NCBI RefSeq assembly: GCF_028368995.1
Contig: NZ_JAQNDL010000003.1
Span: 2,688,001-2,752,000, forward strand
Direction: 5' to 3'
Length of the DNA: 64,000 nt
From: Nannocystis bainbridge
GTDB lineage: Bacteria; Myxococcota_A; Polyangia; Nannocystales; Nannocystaceae
Part shown: one piece after another, positions 19,591 through 29,535 of the stretch
Numbering within the stretch: the first letter of the stretch is position 1
Layout: every line of letters starts with the position of its first letter
Translations under genes and position numbers: made by a program
The notes under the pieces: generated by a model
The model's database searches: none
What the model saw: only the letters and a program-made list of their open reading frames with translations
Told to the model about the DNA's origin: nothing

Positions 19591-21312
19591 TCACCAGCCG
19601 TCCGCGACCGCACCGACGCCGGGCCCGAGCCCCGTCACGGTCAGATCGGCGGCCGTCACCGGCCCGCCCGGCGTCGCCGTCGGCGCCACGAACAGCAGCG
19701 GCAAGGCCCCCGCGCCGTGCGACGACGCCGCCAGCCCGACGTGCGTCAGCGGCTCGGCGAAGCAATGCTCGGCGATCGCCGTCCAGGTCGCCCCGTCGCT
19801 CGAGCCGAGCCCGCGCACGCAGGTCGCGTCGAGGGTCCGCTCGAGCCGCACGAACGCCGGCGACTCGCCCGTCAGCCCGGCCACGCCCGCGAACTCGAGC
19901 GCCTGCGTGGACGCGCCGGCCACCTCGCGCAGCTGCACGCGCAGCGGGTGATCGTCGGCGGGCCGGCAGATCGCCAGGTACGCCGCGTCGGCCTCCAGCC
20001 CCGCGCGGGCCGCCAGACACGCCTTGGCCCACGGCTCGACGTGGCTGTTGGGCGCGGCGATCGCCGCCGTCCACGCGACATCTCCTTCACCCACTTCGGC
20101 CCACGCCAGCAGCCCCTCGTCGCTGCTGTCCCACAGGTCGCCCGAGTCGACCGTCACCGCCACGATCGCCGCCGACTCGCGCTCCGGCGCCTCGCACGCG
20201 TCGATGCAGGTGAACGGCCAGCCCTGCGGCCCCGCGGTGTTCGCCCACGGATCTTCGTCGACGTTGATCTGATTGGTGGCGATGTGATGCACCCCCGCCT
20301 GCTCGGACTCCTCCCACGCACCCTCGTCGTCGGCCACCCACACGCGGCTGACCAGCCCGGCCGCGCGCACCGCCGCGGCCAGCTCCACGTCGCCGAGCGC
20401 CAGGTTGAACACGATCGCCTCCGCGTGCTCGCCCAGGTCTCGCCCGTCGCTCAGCCCGGGCGCGACGAAGGCCGCGCGCGCCCCCGCGTCGGCGCCGACG
20501 TAGCTCGCCAGCGGCCCTGACGGATCGTCGAGGTCGCCGCCGGTCAACATCGCGATCACCCGCCCGCGCCAGCTCTCGAGCCGCGGCCAGGCGCAGCCGC
20601 GTCGGGTCACCGCGTCCTGCAGCGTGGTCGCGCCGGGGCAGTCCGCGAGCAGCTCGGCCGGCCGCACCAGCGCCGCGCCGAAGGCCGCGTCCAGCAGCGC
20701 GTCGAGGTCGCCCGGCTGATGCCCGCCGCCGAACCCGTCCTTCAGATCGATCCACAGCGTCACCACCTCGTGCTCGGGCACCGCGCGAGCGAACGCCGCC
20801 ACCTGCCCCAGACACTGCGACAGGCTGCGGCAGTGCGTGTCGTCGTCGACGATGTCGGTGTGATACACGAACCAATCGCCGGCCAGCGCCGACTCGAACG
20901 CCTTGCCGGTGTGAATATCGAGCTCGAGCGAGCGGATCCGGTGATACACGAATTGGTCGAACAGCGCCTCGTGCCGCTGAAACGCGTTGTGCGCTGATTT
21001 CTGCCGCACCTCGTGATAGCGTGGGCCGCTCGCCTCGGCGCCCGTGGTCCCGTCCGTCGATTCACCGCTGCTCGTCGCCGGCTCCGTGGTCGTCACGGTC
21101 GAGCTCGTCGAGGTCGTCACGGTCGAGCTCGTCGAGGTCGACGACGAGGTCGAAGTCGTCGTCGTCGTGCCCGGCGCCTCCCCGCTCGTCGGTACCTCGC
21201 TGCCGGTCGTCGTGCTCGTCGCGGTCCCGGTCCCGGCCTCGCTCGCGGTCCCACCCGACGCGCCTCCGCAGGCCGCAAACACGACGAAGAGGGTCCGCGA
21301 GAGACGGTGCAT
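19591..21312 (-). CDS. Lipoprotein with PI-PLC-like phosphodiesterase domain and C-terminal beta-sandwich
   Basis: FAAC lipobox, Thr/Ser linker, KSAHNAF, RSLELDIH, WIDLKD. Confidence 0.8.
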   Translation of the reverse strand: MHRLSRTLFVVFAACGGASGGTASEAGTGTATSTTTGSEVPTSGEAPGTTTTTSTSSSTSTSSTVTTSTSSTVTTTEPATSSGESTDGTTGAEASGPRYHEVRQKSAHNAFQRHEALFDQFVYHRIRSLELDIHTGKAFESALAGDWFVYHTDIVDDDTHCRSLSQCLGQVAAFARAVPEHEVVTLWIDLKDGFGGGHQPGDLDALLDAAFGAALVRPAELLADCPGATTLQDAVTRRGCAWPRLESWRGRVIAMLTGGDLDDPSGPLASYVGADAGARAAFVAPGLSDGRDLGEHAEAIVFNLALGDVELAAAVRAAGLVSRVWVADDEGAWEESEQAGVHHIATNQINVDEDPWANTAGPQGWPFTCIDACEAPERESAAIVAVTVDSGDLWDSSDEGLLAWAEVGEGDVAWTAAIAAPNSHVEPWAKACLAARAGLEADAAYLAICRPADDHPLRVQLREVAGASTQALEFAGVAGLTGESPAFVRLERTLDATCVRGLGSSDGATWTAIAEHCFAEPLTHVGLAASSHGAGALPLLFVAPTATPGGPVTAADLTVTGLGPGVGAVADGW

Positions 21313-21620
21313 GGCACGAGCTGACCGCCACCCGGCCGCCGCTGTCAAGCCGACCTGTCTCCGGGGACATCTCGGGTCCCGCGCGGCCCTGGGAGCCCCG
21401 CAGGGGGCTTCTGCGAGGTTTGCGCGGTCCGCCTTTTCGCGCCAGCGGGCTCACCGCCCGACCCCTGTTCGCGACCTTTCTCCGCGCTGAGCCTGCTCTC
21501 GCCTCTCGCCGCTCGTGGCCCGCGCGTGCCCACGATCGTCGGCGTATCCCCCCGCGGGGGAGCACCCACGCACGGGCCGGGCGGCTTGACAGCGCGGCCT
21601 CGCGCGCTACCAGTCCAGGC

Positions 21621-22565
21621 ATGCCGGCCAGAGCAATTTGGGAAGGAACCATCGGTTTTGGTCTCGTTCAGATCCCCGTCGGGCTGTACTCCGCCGAGAC
21701 CCGGGACGAGCTCGACTTCGACATGCTCGATCGGCGCGACATGTCGCCCGTCGGTTATCAGCGGTACAACCGCGAGACCGGCGAGCCCGTCGAATGGGAC
21801 GACATCGTCAAGGGTTATGCCATCAAGAAGGGCGAGTACGTGATCGTCGAGCCCGAGGACTTCAAGCGCGCCAGCGTCAAGGCGACCCAGACCGTCGACA
21901 TCGTCCAGTTCGCCGACGCCGAGGCCATCGATCCGACCTTCTTCGAGAAGCCCTACGTGCTCGTGCCCGGCAAGCGCGGCGCCAAGCCGTACGTGCTGCT
22001 GCGCGAGGCCCTGCGCAAGGCCGGCAAGGTCGGCATCGCCCGCGTCGTCATCCGCACCCGCGAGAGCCTCGCCGCGGTGATGGTCAAGGGCGACGCCCTC
22101 GTGCTCGAGCTGCTGCGCTACGCCCACGAGCTCAACAAGATCGACGATTTCGACCTGCCCAAGGGCAAGGACGCGCCCAAGATCTCCGCGCCCGAGCTCA
22201 AGATGGCCGAGCGGCTCATCGACGAGATGACCGCCGAGTTCAAGCCCGAGGAGTTCAAGGACACCTACCGCGACGACCTGCTGGCCTTCATCAAGAAGAA
22301 GGCCAAGGGCGAGGAGATCGAGGAGGTCGACGTCGAGGCCGAGGCGCCGGCGACCAATGTGGTCGACATGATGGCGCTGCTGAAGAAGAGCCTCACGCGC
22401 GGCGGCAAGGCCCCTGCGGCCGAGACCGACAAGCAGAAGAACAAGCCCCGGCGTAGCGCGGCGCGCAACGAGAAGCCGGCGGCCAAGGCCAAGAAGGCGA
22501 CCGCCACCAACCGCAAGAAGAAGCCGGCCAAGCGCGCCAAGACGACCCGGCGAAAGGCGGCCTGA
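21621..22565 (+). CDS. ku: NHEJ protein Ku
   Basis: RAIWEGTIGFGLVQIPVGLYSA, IVKGY, FFEKPYVL, NVVDMMALLKKSL, basic tail. Confidence 0.97.
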   Translation: MPARAIWEGTIGFGLVQIPVGLYSAETRDELDFDMLDRRDMSPVGYQRYNRETGEPVEWDDIVKGYAIKKGEYVIVEPEDFKRASVKATQTVDIVQFADAEAIDPTFFEKPYVLVPGKRGAKPYVLLREALRKAGKVGIARVVIRTRESLAAVMVKGDALVLELLRYAHELNKIDDFDLPKGKDAPKISAPELKMAERLIDEMTAEFKPEEFKDTYRDDLLAFIKKKAKGEEIEEVDVEAEAPATNVVDMMALLKKSLTRGGKAPAAETDKQKNKPRRSAARNEKPAAKAKKATATNRKKKPAKRAKTTRRKAA

Positions 22566-25351
22566 TGGCGTCGCTGGACTCCTATCACCGCAAGCGCGAC
22601 TTCACCCGCACCTCGGAGCCGCGCGGCGAGACCCCGAAGCGCCGCTCGCAGGGTGAGTTCATCATCCACAAGCACGCGGCGACCCGGCTCCACTACGACC
22701 TGCGGCTCGAGATCGACGGCGTGCTCAAGAGCTGGGCGGTGCCGAAGGGCCCGAGCCTCGACCCGCACGACAAGCGGCTCGCCGTCCACGTCGAGGACCA
22801 CCCGCTCGAGTACGGCGGCTTCGAGGGCACCATCCCGCAGGGCGAGTACGGCGGCGGCTCGGTGGTGCTGTGGGACCGCGGGCGCTGGTACCCCGAGGGC
22901 GATGCGCGCGCCGACTACCGCGCCGGCAAGCTCAAGTTCCGCTTCGACGGCCACAAGCTCCACGGCGCCTACACGCTGGTGCGCATGCACGGCCGTCGGG
23001 GCGACGATCACGACAACTGGCTGCTGATCAAGGAAGCCGACGAGGAGGCCAGCGACGACGGCGAAGCCCTGGTGCGCGACCAACCCGAGAGCGTGATCAG
23101 CGGCCGTACCGTCGAAGAGGTCGCCGCCGGCGTGCCCGCGAAGAAGCAGGCCAGGAACAAGAAAAAGGCGACGAAGAAGGCTCCTGCCAAGAAGACCCCC
23201 AAGAAATCGACCCCCAAGAAGGCGACCGCCAAGAAGGCGGCCAAAGTCGCGGCAAAGAAAGCCCCCGCCAAGAAATCCGCGGCCAAGAAGTCGACCGCCA
23301 AGAAGGCGGCCAAAGTCGCGGCAAAGAAAATCCCCGCCAAGAAGACAGCCAAGAAATCCACGACCAAGAAGACCGCCGCCAAGAAATCCGCCAAGAAGAC
23401 CCCCGCGATCAAGGCCACCAGCCGGCCGCGCGCCACCCGGAAGAAGACCAGCAAGAAGACCGCCGCCAAGGCCGAATCTGCCCCAGCGCGCGCGCTCCCG
23501 GCCCGCATCGCCCCCGAGCTGGCCACCCTGGTAGAAAAAGTCCCGCCCGGCGACGAGTGGGTCCACGAGATCAAGTTCGACGGCTATCGCCTGCTCGTCC
23601 GCCTCGACGGTGACGACATTCGCCTCATCACCCGCGGCGAGCAGGACTGGACCGAGCGGCTCGCCCCGCTCGCCAAATCACTACAGCGGCGCTTCGGCGA
23701 CCGGCGCCTGCTCGTCGACGGCGAGCTCGTGCACGTCGACGACGACGGCCTCACTCGCTTCGGCCCGCTGCAGGCCGCCCTCGCCGAGGAGCGCACCGGG
23801 GAGCTCGTGTTTTATGCCTTCGACCTGCTCCACCTCGACGGTCACGACCTGCGCGGCCTCCCGCTGGTCGAGCGCAAAGAGCTGCTCGCCGCCCTGCTCC
23901 CGCCCGAGGACGCCCCCGGGCGCGTGCGCCTGTCGGAGCACGTCGTCGGCGGCGGCGAGGAGCTGCTCGCACGCGCCTGCTCGCTCGGCCTCGAGGGCAT
24001 CCTCGCCAAGCGCGCCGACGCCCCCTATCGCAGCGGCCGCACCCGCGACTGGCTGAAGATCAAGTGCGGCCGCCGCCAGGAGGTCGTCGTCGGCGGCTAC
24101 GCGACCGCGCGCAGCGGCCCGCGGGCCCTCGGTGCCCTGCTGATCGGCGTATTCGACGACGACGGCAAATTGCAGTACGCCGGCAAGGTCGGCACCGGCT
24201 TCGATTTCGCCGAGGCCGCCCGGCTCAAAAAATTGCTCGCCGCCCGCGAGGCCCCGCGCTCCCCCTTCGCCGGCCGCCTCCCGCCCGGCCTCGGCGACGT
24301 CCATTTCGTCCGCCCCGACGTCGTCATCGAGGTCCGCTTCGGCGAGTGGACCCGCGACGATCGCATGCGTCACGCCGTCTACGAGGGCGTGCGCGAGGAC
24401 AAGCGGCCCAAGCAGGTCCAGCGCGAGACCCCGGCCGCCGCCCCGACCAGCGCCACGACCGAGGTCCTCGGCGTCGCCTTGAGCAACCCCGGCCGCGTGC
24501 TGTGGCCGGACGATGGCATCACCAAGCGCGACCTCGCCGAGTACTACGAGAAGATCGCCGGGTGGATCCTCCCGCAGGTCGCCGAGCGCCCGCTCAGCCT
24601 CGTGCGCTGCCCTGACGGCGTCGGCAAGCCGTGCTTCTTCCAGCGCCACATGAAGCACGACCTGCCCGAAGGCATCCACGCGATCGATCTCGACGGCGAC
24701 GGCGAGCCGGCCTACGTCTACGTCCGCGACGCCGCGGGCCTGGTCGGCCTGGCCCAGATCGGCGTGCTCGAGCTGCACGCCTGGGGCGCCACCGTCGCCG
24801 ATCCCGACGGCCCCGACCGCCTGGTCCTCGACCTCGACCCTGCCGAGGATGTCCCCTGGGACATGGTCAAAGGGGCAGCCCGGGCCATGCACGAGCGCCT
24901 CGCCCAGCTCGACCTCGACAGCTTTTTGAAGACCACCGGCGGCAAGGGCTTGCACGTCGTCGTCCCGCTGACCGCCGGTCGCCAGAGCTGGGCCGAGGTC
25001 AAGGCGTTCGCCCGCGGGATCGCCCGCGAGTTCAGCCTCGCCGACCCCGAGCATTTTGTCGACGTCGCCGCCAAGCTCAAGCGGCGCGGCAAGATCTACA
25101 TCGACTACCTCCGCAACGACCGCAAGGCCACCAGCGTCGCCGCCTACTCGCCGCGGGCTCGCCCCGGCGCGCCCGTGTCGGTCCCGCTGCGCTGGTCCGA
25201 GCTCGCGGGCCTCGAAGCCCCGCAGACCTACGACCTCACAAGCACCGTCGCTCGCCTCGCCAAGCTGCGCAGCGACCCCTGGCGCGAGCTGGCGCGCGTC
25301 CGCCAGGTCCTGACGCCCGCCCGTCTGCGCGCCGTCGGCGTCAAGAAATAA
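22565..25351 (+). CDS. ligD: DNA ligase D (PE-LIG-POL order) with Lys/Ala-rich insert
   Basis: HYDLRLE, KSWAVPKGPS; EIKFDGYR; EGILAKR, WLKIK; LDLDP, KTTGGKGLHV, IDYLRN. Confidence 0.97.
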   Translation: MASLDSYHRKRDFTRTSEPRGETPKRRSQGEFIIHKHAATRLHYDLRLEIDGVLKSWAVPKGPSLDPHDKRLAVHVEDHPLEYGGFEGTIPQGEYGGGSVVLWDRGRWYPEGDARADYRAGKLKFRFDGHKLHGAYTLVRMHGRRGDDHDNWLLIKEADEEASDDGEALVRDQPESVISGRTVEEVAAGVPAKKQARNKKKATKKAPAKKTPKKSTPKKATAKKAAKVAAKKAPAKKSAAKKSTAKKAAKVAAKKIPAKKTAKKSTTKKTAAKKSAKKTPAIKATSRPRATRKKTSKKTAAKAESAPARALPARIAPELATLVEKVPPGDEWVHEIKFDGYRLLVRLDGDDIRLITRGEQDWTERLAPLAKSLQRRFGDRRLLVDGELVHVDDDGLTRFGPLQAALAEERTGELVFYAFDLLHLDGHDLRGLPLVERKELLAALLPPEDAPGRVRLSEHVVGGGEELLARACSLGLEGILAKRADAPYRSGRTRDWLKIKCGRRQEVVVGGYATARSGPRALGALLIGVFDDDGKLQYAGKVGTGFDFAEAARLKKLLAAREAPRSPFAGRLPPGLGDVHFVRPDVVIEVRFGEWTRDDRMRHAVYEGVREDKRPKQVQRETPAAAPTSATTEVLGVALSNPGRVLWPDDGITKRDLAEYYEKIAGWILPQVAERPLSLVRCPDGVGKPCFFQRHMKHDLPEGIHAIDLDGDGEPAYVYVRDAAGLVGLAQIGVLELHAWGATVADPDGPDRLVLDLDPAEDVPWDMVKGAARAMHERLAQLDLDSFLKTTGGKGLHVVVPLTAGRQSWAEVKAFARGIAREFSLADPEHFVDVAAKLKRRGKIYIDYLRNDRKATSVAAYSPRARPGAPVSVPLRWSELAGLEAPQTYDLTSTVARLAKLRSDPWRELARVRQVLTPARLRAVGVKK

Positions 25352-25395
25352 CATGCCTCTTCGGGCATGTCCAAAAGGTCATTGTCAACACCCGC

Positions 25396-25686
25396 TCAGC
25401 GCAACATGCGATCGAGCTCGTCCTGGACCTTGCCCTCGACCGCGCCCCTGAACCCGCGCAGCAGCAGCGGCAGATCGATCTCCACCCGCACGCTGGTGTC
25501 GTCGACGCTGACCGTCCCCGACGTCCCGCGGGCCGCCCCGCGCGGCGTGTCGAAGCGTAATTGGTCGCCCTTCCAGTGCCAGCGGATCCCCAGCTTCGCC
25601 TCCATGCTGAGCGCCAGCGACTCGGTCTTCTGCCGCGCCATCGCCTTGCCCAGCGCGTTCGGGCGCCGAATGCTGATGTTGGCCAT
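25396..25686 (-). CDS. Small 'polyhydroxyalkanoic acid system' family protein
   Basis: 96 aa; ISIRRPNALG..WKGDQLRF..VRVEIDLPLLL pattern. Confidence 0.7.
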   Translation of the reverse strand: MANISIRRPNALGKAMARQKTESLALSMEAKLGIRWHWKGDQLRFDTPRGAARGTSGTVSVDDTSVRVEIDLPLLLRGFRGAVEGKVQDELDRMLR

Positions 25687-25912
25687 GATCGGCAGCATGA
25701 CTCGAGACTTCCCCTCGACCACCGGTGGTCCGGGTCGCACTCCGACGCGTCTCACACCGCGTGCGGGCCCGGCTCGACGGGCGTCCGCGGCCCCTCTACG
25801 CGCCCTCCGCGCTCGCAGCACGAACGCCCGCATGCGCCCGTGACCGCCCGCGCGCGCATGCGCCTGCGCCCGCGCCCCGCGGCCTCGCCGGCGTGGTAGA
25901 AGGCCCGCCGTC

Positions 25913-27181
25913 ATGCGCCTCGCTGTCCCGAAGTTCCAGTTCCGCTTCGTGCCCTCGCTCGGCCACGTCATCCACCCGGGCAACTTCCACCCGGTCGGCG
26001 TCCAGCGCTCGGCCGACGCGCTGGTCGACCGCGCCGCCGCCAGCGACCTCGCGCGGCCCGCTGGCGAGTCCGGCGCCTGGCTGGTGGTCGGCGGCTCCGG
26101 CGGCTTCGGCAGCGCCGCGCGCGTGGTCCTCGGGACCTGCCTCGGCGCCCACACCCTGAACGTCTCTTACGATCCCGCGCCGCAGCCCGAGAGCTCCAAC
26201 AAGCTGCGCAAGATCGGCTCGCCCGGGTTCCACCGCACCCTGGCGATCGAGCGGCGCCTGCGGGCCCGCGGCACCGTCGCCCGCACGGTCCTCGGCGACG
26301 CCTTCGACCCGGCGGTGCTGGCGGCCGCGATCGCGGAGATCCGCGAGAACTTCGGCGGCAAGCTGCACGGCCTCGTGTGGGCGCTGGCGGCCCCGCGCGC
26401 GACCGACCCGCGCACCGGCAAGCCGGTCCAGAGCGCCCTCAGGCCGCTCGGCAAGCCCGCCACCGTGCGCACCTTCAGCGGCCGCGGCGAGACCCCGGCC
26501 GACCTGCCCAAGCTCGTCGAGCTCGAGCTGCCGCCCGGCACACCCGAGGAGGCGGTCGCCACCCAGTTCGTCATGGGCGGGCGGATCGTCGAGCAGTGGA
26601 TCGACGCGCTCTTGCAGCAAGACCTGCTGGCGCCCGGCTTCACCCTGGCGACCATCTCGTACCGCGGCAACCCGCTCAACGCCGCCGTCTATCGCAACGG
26701 CCTGATCGGCCTCGCCAAGGCCGACCTCGAGTTCTACACCCGGGCGATCGACGCGGTCCTGCGCGCGCGCGTCGGCGGCCGTGCCGTCGCCGTCGAGGGC
26801 CCCGCCGTCGTCACCGAGGCCTCGGGCGGGATCCCCGGCGTCCCGTACTACATGGCCCTCGTGCGCGACGTCCTCGGCGACCGCTTCGAGGACCCGCTCG
26901 CCTCCATGCTCCGCCTGTTCCGCGACAAGCTCCCGCCCGGCGGCGAGCCCGTGGTCGACGCCGAGGGCCTGGTCCGCCTCGACGACGTCGAGCTCGACGA
27001 CGCCGTGCAGGCCGAGCTCTCGCGCCGCTTCTTCGCCGGCCAGCCCGGCGACGCCTTCGACCCCGAGCTCTACCAGCGCTTCATGGACGAGTACGCCCGC
27101 ACCCGCGGCTTCAACGTCGAAGGCGTCGACTACGCCGCCGAGTTCGACACCGACGAAGTCTGCCGCGCCGAGATCGCGTAA
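25913..27181 (+). CDS. fabV: FabV/Ter-like enoyl-ACP/CoA reductase
   Basis: GGSGGFG, GDAF, MGG, YRNGLIGLAKADL (catalytic Tyr/Lys), VVTEASGGIP, GFNVEGVDY. Confidence 0.8.
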   Translation: MRLAVPKFQFRFVPSLGHVIHPGNFHPVGVQRSADALVDRAAASDLARPAGESGAWLVVGGSGGFGSAARVVLGTCLGAHTLNVSYDPAPQPESSNKLRKIGSPGFHRTLAIERRLRARGTVARTVLGDAFDPAVLAAAIAEIRENFGGKLHGLVWALAAPRATDPRTGKPVQSALRPLGKPATVRTFSGRGETPADLPKLVELELPPGTPEEAVATQFVMGGRIVEQWIDALLQQDLLAPGFTLATISYRGNPLNAAVYRNGLIGLAKADLEFYTRAIDAVLRARVGGRAVAVEGPAVVTEASGGIPGVPYYMALVRDVLGDRFEDPLASMLRLFRDKLPPGGEPVVDAEGLVRLDDVELDDAVQAELSRRFFAGQPGDAFDPELYQRFMDEYARTRGFNVEGVDYAAEFDTDEVCRAEIA

Positions 27182-27193
27182 CCTCCGCCTCGC

Positions 27194-28378
27194 GTGCCCG
27201 CCGTCCTCGTCCCCGATCGCCTCACCCGCCACGTCGCCGCCGGCCACCCGTGGCTGTACGCCGACGCCGTCCCCGAGGTCGGTGGCGCCCGCACCGGCGA
27301 CATCGTCCTCCTGGTCGGCCAGGGTCGGCGGCCGATCGGTCACGCGATCTTCGACGCCGACTCGCCGATCGCCCTGCGCGTGCTCGCCACCCGCAAGGAC
27401 GAGCGGCCCGGCCCCGCATTGTGGCGCCGGCGGATCGAGACCGCCTGGCGGCTGCGCCAGACCACCCTCGACCTGTCCACCACCGACGCCTTCCGCGTGC
27501 TCCACGGCGAGGGCGATCGCCTGCCCGGCGTCGTCGTCGATCTGTACGCCGGCTGCGCCGTGCTCAAGCTCGACACCGCCGCCTGGCTGCCGCACCTCGA
27601 CGACCTCACCGCAGCGATCGTCGAGGTCGTCAATCCGCGCTCGCTGTGGTTCAAGGGTCTGAGCGGCCAGCGCGGCGGCGACGAAGTGCCGGCCTCGCAG
27701 CGCCCGCGCGTGCTCGCCGGCGAGGAGCCGCCGCCGCAGGTCGAGATCCGCGAGCACGGCATGCGCATGCGCGTCGACGTGCGGCGCGGCCAGAAGACCG
27801 GCATGTTCCTCGACCAGCGCGAGAACCGGCGCCTCATCCGCCAGGTCGCGCGCGGGCGCGAGACCCTCAACCTGTTCTCGTACACCGGCGGCTTCTCGCT
27901 GGCCGCCGCGCTCGGCGGGGCTCCGCGCGTCACCAGCGTCGACCTCGCGCGCAACGCCGTCGACGCCGCGCGTGACAACTTCGCCCTCAACGACCTCGAC
28001 CCCGCCGCGCACGCCTTCGTCGCCGCCGACGCCTTCGCCTTCCTCGAGCAGACCGCCGGCGCCGCCTACGACCTCGTCATCGTCGACCCGCCCTCGTTCG
28101 CGCCCAATCACAAGGCCGTGCGCGCCGCCGAGGCCGCCTACGCCCGCCTCAACGCCAGCGCCCTGCGCCAGGTCCGCCCCGGCGGCCTGCTCGCCGCCGC
28201 CAGCTGTTCGAGCCATGTCCCGATGGACATGTTCTTGAGGATCCTCAGCGAGGCCGCGCGGCAAGCGAGGCGCCCGCTGCGACTGCTCGAGGTGCGCCAC
28301 GAGCCGCCCGACCACCCGTCACCGCTGCACTTCCCCGAGGGTCGTTACCTCAAGTTCGTGCTCGCGGTGGCCGAGTAG
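27194..28378 (+). CDS. RlmI-like class I SAM-dependent rRNA methyltransferase
   Basis: GHPWLY, GEGDRLPG, GQKTGMFLDQRENR, LFSYTGGFS, DPPSF, YLK. Confidence 0.92.
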   Translation: MPAVLVPDRLTRHVAAGHPWLYADAVPEVGGARTGDIVLLVGQGRRPIGHAIFDADSPIALRVLATRKDERPGPALWRRRIETAWRLRQTTLDLSTTDAFRVLHGEGDRLPGVVVDLYAGCAVLKLDTAAWLPHLDDLTAAIVEVVNPRSLWFKGLSGQRGGDEVPASQRPRVLAGEEPPPQVEIREHGMRMRVDVRRGQKTGMFLDQRENRRLIRQVARGRETLNLFSYTGGFSLAAALGGAPRVTSVDLARNAVDAARDNFALNDLDPAAHAFVAADAFAFLEQTAGAAYDLVIVDPPSFAPNHKAVRAAEAAYARLNASALRQVRPGGLLAAASCSSHVPMDMFLRILSEAARQARRPLRLLEVRHEPPDHPSPLHFPEGRYLKFVLAVAE

Positions 28379-28385
28379 TTCGCGC

Positions 28386-28718
28386 TCACTTCACCGCCAG
28401 CAGCTCGACCTCGAACAGCAGCGCCGCGTGCGGCGGGATCGCGTCGGAGAACCCGCGACGCCCGTACCCCAGGTGATGCGGGATCGTCAGCCGCCGCTTG
28501 CCGCCGACCTTCATGCCGACCACGCCCTGGTCCCAGCCCTTGATGACGTCGCCGGCCCCGAGCTGAAAGTCGAACGGTCGCCCGCGATCGAGCGAGCTGT
28601 CGAACTTGGCCCCGCCTTCGACGAGCCAGCCGGTGTAGTGCACGCGGACCTGCTTGCCCGCCTCGGCGGTCGCCCCGGTGCCCTCGACGATGTCTTCGAT
28701 CTGCAGCTCTTCGGCCAT
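28386..28718 (-). CDS. FKBP-type peptidyl-prolyl isomerase
   Basis: [26 protein letters not shown]. Confidence 0.96.
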   Translation of the reverse strand: MAEELQIEDIVEGTGATAEAGKQVRVHYTGWLVEGGAKFDSSLDRGRPFDFQLGAGDVIKGWDQGVVGMKVGGKRRLTIPHHLGYGRRGFSDAIPPHAALLFEVELLAVK

Positions 28719-29070
28719 GACCGAGCCTAGCGCACCTGCGCCGGCCTGTCGCCCGCGAGACCCGCGTTCGCACGCGACTTCGCGCCGCGCTCGGGCCACG
28801 CGCGCAGCGACTCGACATGCCGCGAACCATCAGCACGACCTCGGACCGAGTCACCGGTGTTACGAACTCTGTGCCGCCGTCAACGCCCGCCGCCAGTCCT
28901 TCGCCGAAGTCACGATCCGCGTCGCCGTGATCCTTCCCTGTCGCCCCTGCGCCGCGTCAGACTTCACGCACGCGTCAGCGCGGCCTGGAGGCACCCGTGA
29001 GCCCGCGTCGGATCGTCGCAGCCTTGCGAGCGGTGGTCGCGCTGTCCCGGACGCGCTAGCTTCACGCCCG

Positions 29071-29376
29071 ATGCTCAACACCGAGATTGGTCGGTTCCGC
29101 CTCGTCAGCCTCCTCGAAGGCGTCTCGTTCCTCGTGCTGCTCGGCATCGCCATGCCGCTCAAGTACGCCGCCGGCATCCCCGAGGCCGTGCGCTACGTCG
29201 GCTGGGCCCACGGTCTGCTGTTCGTGCTCTTCATCCTCGCCCTGCTCTCGGCCTCGACCGCCGCCCGCTGGCCGCTGTCGAAGATCGCCGGCGCCTTCAT
29301 CGCCAGCATCGTCCCCTTCGGCGCCTTCGTGCTCGAGCGGCGCCTCCGCGAAGAAGAGCGGGCCACCGCGCGCTGA
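29071..29376 (+). CDS. DUF3817-like small membrane protein
   Basis: LLEGVSFLVLL..AMPLKY..GWAHGLLF..IVPFG. Confidence 0.85.
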   Translation: MLNTEIGRFRLVSLLEGVSFLVLLGIAMPLKYAAGIPEAVRYVGWAHGLLFVLFILALLSASTAARWPLSKIAGAFIASIVPFGAFVLERRLREEERATAR

Positions 29377-29535
29377 ACCCTCACCGCGGCCCGTGGCCCG
29401 CGAGCGGTGCATTGATTCGCAGTTCGGCGAACCCTCTACTCGCGCCGCGCGGCCCAGCGCGCCGCCGACGCTCCAGGCCCGCGCGAGCGCCGGGTCGACC
29501 GCAGCCCCGTCGTCGGCGGTGAAGCCCGCTCGCGC

